DNA of 45,431 nt, from positions 1 through 45,431 of the forward strand of contig JAXGSX010000001.1 in the NCBI GenBank assembly GCA_040775225.1, in the 5' to 3' direction. The DNA is from Kiritimatiellia bacterium. Its GTDB lineage: Bacteria; Verrucomicrobiota; Kiritimatiellia; JAAZAB01. Positions within the stretch are counted from its first letter, which is position 1, and each line of letters opens with the position of its first letter. The translations under genes were made by a program, and so were the position numbers. Of the stretch, positions 42,720 through 45,431 are shown piece by piece. Under the pieces are notes generated by a model. The model made no database searches, was not told the DNA's origin, and saw only the letters and a list, made by a program, of their open reading frames with translations.

Positions 42720-45371
42720 TTATCGTTCCGGAGTCAGCACGAACATATCATACTGACAAAGCGGCCGCAACATGCATTCCGTTCCCCCGGTAATTTCCGC
42801 GACTGACGGGGACCCAAAAGCAGGCGCGGCCTTCCAGGTTCCCGGCCGGTTCATTCTGAGCGCGAGCCCTGCAACCGTCCGTTCGCTGTCGGCCCAGTCC
42901 AGCAGGTGCACCACGTAACTCCCCTCTTTTTCGCGTATCTGGACTTCCAATTCGCGCGGGGCGTTGAGGACGGAAACCGTATCCTCCGGCGTATGCTGAT
43001 TCACCAGTTTGCGGAGAAGGCTGCCGACATCCGCAAGTTCCGCGGACGCCTTCGATATCGTTTTCAGGCTCAAGTAACAAGACATGCCCTTGCCCATCCG
43101 ATGGATCACCATGGCCGGATCGCCGGTATCCCATGCTCCGGCAACAGAGGCGCCGGCGGCCGGCTGCACTTTCACATACGCGCGGTTCGCGGCGTAGCAA
43201 ACGGTTCCCCCGAATTCCTGCACGGCAAAATGCTTTGCGCCCGTTGTTGTTTCCAGGTAATGCACACCAAACAGGTCCGCCATGGCAAAGTCGTCTTGTC
43301 GCCGGGCCCATTCGTCATACAAAGAGGTTTCGCCGGTCGCAATCAACGTGCCACCGGACCGCACCCAGTTGGAGAGCCGTCGCGCCTCGGCCGGCGTCAT
43401 CACCCGTTCGTCATGGAGCACGATCACTTTGTAGCGCGTGAGGTTTTCTGCTGCAGTCGCTTCCAGGAAGCGTATATCCAACGGACGGTTCCGCTGCTGC
43501 AACCATTGTTGAAGCGTCCCGATTTCGCGGCCGCGGCGGGGGAAGTTCGGAAACAATTCGTTGCCGGCGCTTATGGCAATACCCAACCGCTCGCACGTCA
43601 CAATGGCAACCTTGGCAGCGGACGCGGTATTGTGCAGCCAAGCATCCGCCTGCCGCATTTTGCCGAGCATCTCCGTCTGGATATCCCAATATTGCGGCCG
43701 CCAGTTCTGGAAAGCATAGCGGGAAAGATCGTCCCTGGAGAACGACCCGGGACGGTCCCCTTTGCGAAAGGCGTAAGGGTCACGGTACTTGGCCGCGTAG
43801 TTATAAATCCATTGGATATTGCCGTCGGAATGCATCATGCTGATCGCCAGAGAGCGGCGAAAAGTCGCCGGAGTCTTGCAGCTATAGCCCGCGCCGGTGA
43901 CCATATACGCCTTTCCGCCTGCCGCATGGCGCAACAACTGCATGCTCATGGATTCGCCCGGGGAGCCATCGGCATAGAGGTCGGTCGCAATCAGCGGCAA
44001 GCGGGCCGCCATGGAAACATAGGATCCTTTCTGGGGCCGGTTCAGCGCATGATTCATGATAACGGGCAAGGTCAGATATCCTGCTTCCAACATGGCGTCC
44101 GCAAGGGCCTGATAAGCATCGGCCATGAAGGTCTTCTTGAAGAGTTGCCATTCCATCCATAGCGGCAAATCGTTGGTTGTTCCGGCTATCGTGATCGGCC
44201 TGGCTTCCGGAGGAACGACGATGCCCGCTTTTGCCAAGTATTCTTTGCGTGATTCCAGATATCTATGAAACGCCTCAATGACGTTGGTATATCCGGCGAC
44301 GTTCGATACCTCGGGGTATTCCCTCCCGCGCGTTTGGTCGCCGCTATCCACGATGACCGGTTCATCAATTGTAATGCCCCGGAAAGCCGGGACTCCTCCG
44401 CTATACCGCCCCGCAAACGCCAAGGCATCCCGGATTCGCTGTTCGGAACTGCCGAAATACTTAATGGCCTTTAACGCACATAATCCTTGCCGGCCATAGT
44501 CGCCGTTGTAACGATCCAACGGGAATGTCGGCTCGCTCCAGCGTCCTTGTGCGGAACGTTTTTCCGGCGGGGGTAAACGGTCCCAGGCGCATTGCAGATA
44601 GGGAATCCCGACTTTGTTGAGTTCGGCGAGAAATGCTTCCTGGGATTCCCATGCGGCATAAGCATAGACCAGATTGATTCCGGCATTGTGCAAGGCTTTG
44701 GCCACATATTCATAGTTGTGGTAATTCCAAGGCTCGAAATCGGGGCGTTCCGGGTAGTTGAGCGTGTCGGAATTAAAGCAAATTCCCCGGATGAAATGGT
44801 CCCGCCACCAATCGCGCGGGTACTCGCGGGGCTGGTACGCCAGCCCTTTGCGGGTATCGGCGGTTGCCTGCTCAAACCGATCGGCAATGCCCGCGCTCCA
44901 TTCGCCGAACGCGCGGCTATCCTTTTCCAGTGCATCGAGCCGGCCCGGCATCTCCGCCCAGATTGCGTCCGGGGTCTCCCCCTCACGGAAGGCCGCGGCC
45001 GGAACCGTCATCACATAGCGGCTGGATTTGGCGGTAAACGGGCTGGCGCCATCCAGCAGCGTGTGGCGGCCCACCGAGATACGCAGACTACGGCCCGACG
45101 CGTAGGCGTCGCTGGCTGTGACGGCCAATGTGGCATCGCCCTCGGGCAAGACTGGCCGGTTTGGCCCCCCAGGGAATTCGATTCCGGCGCCCGCAACATT
45201 GGCAAGGGAGGCCCGGTTTAGAAGCATCAACATCTTTGGGTGCGGATCGGGTTTGCCGCCGCGAAACGCGCCGGGAGCTATCTCCATGTTGGCGCCGTCG
45301 GGCCACGCCAGCGTGACCGAGGAAACACCCAGATAACCATAACTGTCATCGGTGAGTTCAATGCGCAACAT
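42720..45371 (-). CDS. Large glycoside-hydrolase-like protein with a GH42-type trimerisation (class I amidotransferase-like) domain; possibly 5'-truncated by the window edge
   Basis: 883 aa from ATG 45371, but the frame stays open upstream to position 45431 (..DQRRAAIFSDLCSTPLTGST-M..). The block YKVIVLHDERVMTPAEARRLSNWVRSGGTLIATGETSLYDEW resembles the GH42 middle domain. The central region looks like a TIM barrel, but the family is not firmly recognised. Confidence 0.55.
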   Translation of the reverse strand: MLRIELTDDSYGYLGVSSVTLAWPDGANMEIAPGAFRGGKPDPHPKMLMLLNRASLANVAGAGIEFPGGPNRPVLPEGDATLAVTASDAYASGRSLRISVGRHTLLDGASPFTAKSSRYVMTVPAAAFREGETPDAIWAEMPGRLDALEKDSRAFGEWSAGIADRFEQATADTRKGLAYQPREYPRDWWRDHFIRGICFNSDTLNYPERPDFEPWNYHNYEYVAKALHNAGINLVYAYAAWESQEAFLAELNKVGIPYLQCAWDRLPPPEKRSAQGRWSEPTFPLDRYNGDYGRQGLCALKAIKYFGSSEQRIRDALAFAGRYSGGVPAFRGITIDEPVIVDSGDQTRGREYPEVSNVAGYTNVIEAFHRYLESRKEYLAKAGIVVPPEARPITIAGTTNDLPLWMEWQLFKKTFMADAYQALADAMLEAGYLTLPVIMNHALNRPQKGSYVSMAARLPLIATDLYADGSPGESMSMQLLRHAAGGKAYMVTGAGYSCKTPATFRRSLAISMMHSDGNIQWIYNYAAKYRDPYAFRKGDRPGSFSRDDLSRYAFQNWRPQYWDIQTEMLGKMRQADAWLHNTASAAKVAIVTCERLGIAISAGNELFPNFPRRGREIGTLQQWLQQRNRPLDIRFLEATAAENLTRYKVIVLHDERVMTPAEARRLSNWVRSGGTLIATGETSLYDEWARRQDDFAMADLFGVHYLETTTGAKHFAVQEFGGTVCYAANRAYVKVQPAAGASVAGAWDTGDPAMVIHRMGKGMSCYLSLKTISKASAELADVGSLLRKLVNQHTPEDTVSVLNAPRELEVQIREKEGSYVVHLLDWADSERTVAGLALRMNRPGTWKAAPAFGSPSVAEITGGTECMLRPLCQYDMFVLTPER

Positions 45372-45431
45372 CGTGCTTCCCGTCAGCGGGGTCGAGCAAA
45401 GATCGCTGAAGATGGCGGCACGGCGTTGGTC

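Noticed and set aside
42906-44162. 418-aa plus-strand ORF
   Set aside because: It is antisense to the GH42-like gene. It is a shadow ORF with Arg/Gly/His-rich composition.
1-45431. Search by eye for CRISPR arrays, tRNA/rRNA genes, IS elements, integrases and toxin-antitoxin or defence-system signatures
   Set aside because: I found no regularly spaced repeats, no T-loop/anticodon-arm-like cloverleaf candidates in intergenic regions, no transposase- or recombinase-like ORFs, and no nuclease, helicase or methylase sets typical of defence islands.

Overview
Visibly GC-rich, gene-dense bacterial chromosomal window with about 38 supportable CDS. GC content was not computed. I recognised no rRNA, tRNA, CRISPR array or IS element. 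All family calls come from motif recognition by eye; no searches were run. Left half (468-20485, all minus strand): a ~20-kb co-directional glycan-degradation-type locus. It is headed by a GntR-HTH regulator fused to a solute-binding-protein-like domain. It also encodes an SGNH hydrolase, a Gfo/Idh/MocA oxidoreductase, a URO-D-family protein, two copies of a 'LamG protein + ~830-aa unrecognised secreted protein' module, a parallel beta-helix protein, a heparinase II/III-like/beta-propeller fusion and a GH36-like alpha-galactosidase. Middle: housekeeping islets (hisD-hisC; a Wzt-like ABC ATPase + methyltransferase + gmhA; rplU-rpmA-obg). These are followed by a YdjM-like membrane protein, a creatininase-fold protein, an alpha/beta hydrolase, an anaerobic sulfatase-maturating radical-SAM enzyme with a SEC-C tail, and a DUF1846/UPF0371 protein. 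Right part: a 7-gene prepilin-type cluster (34198-41086) that reads as two tandem GspI/J/K-like (PilV/W/X-like) tip modules with greatly expanded members and no assembly machinery in the window. It is followed by a second beta-helix protein and a GH42-like protein whose frame is open to the right edge. Most interesting: (1) the duplicated pseudopilin tip modules; (2) the duplicated LamG + unknown-enzyme module; (3) a perfect 12-bp palindrome TAGTATATACTA (GntR-type GT-N4-AC core) inside a promoter spacer, repeated 11/12 over the regulator's own -10 element. The gene content is reminiscent of PVC-superphylum glycan degraders (inference only).
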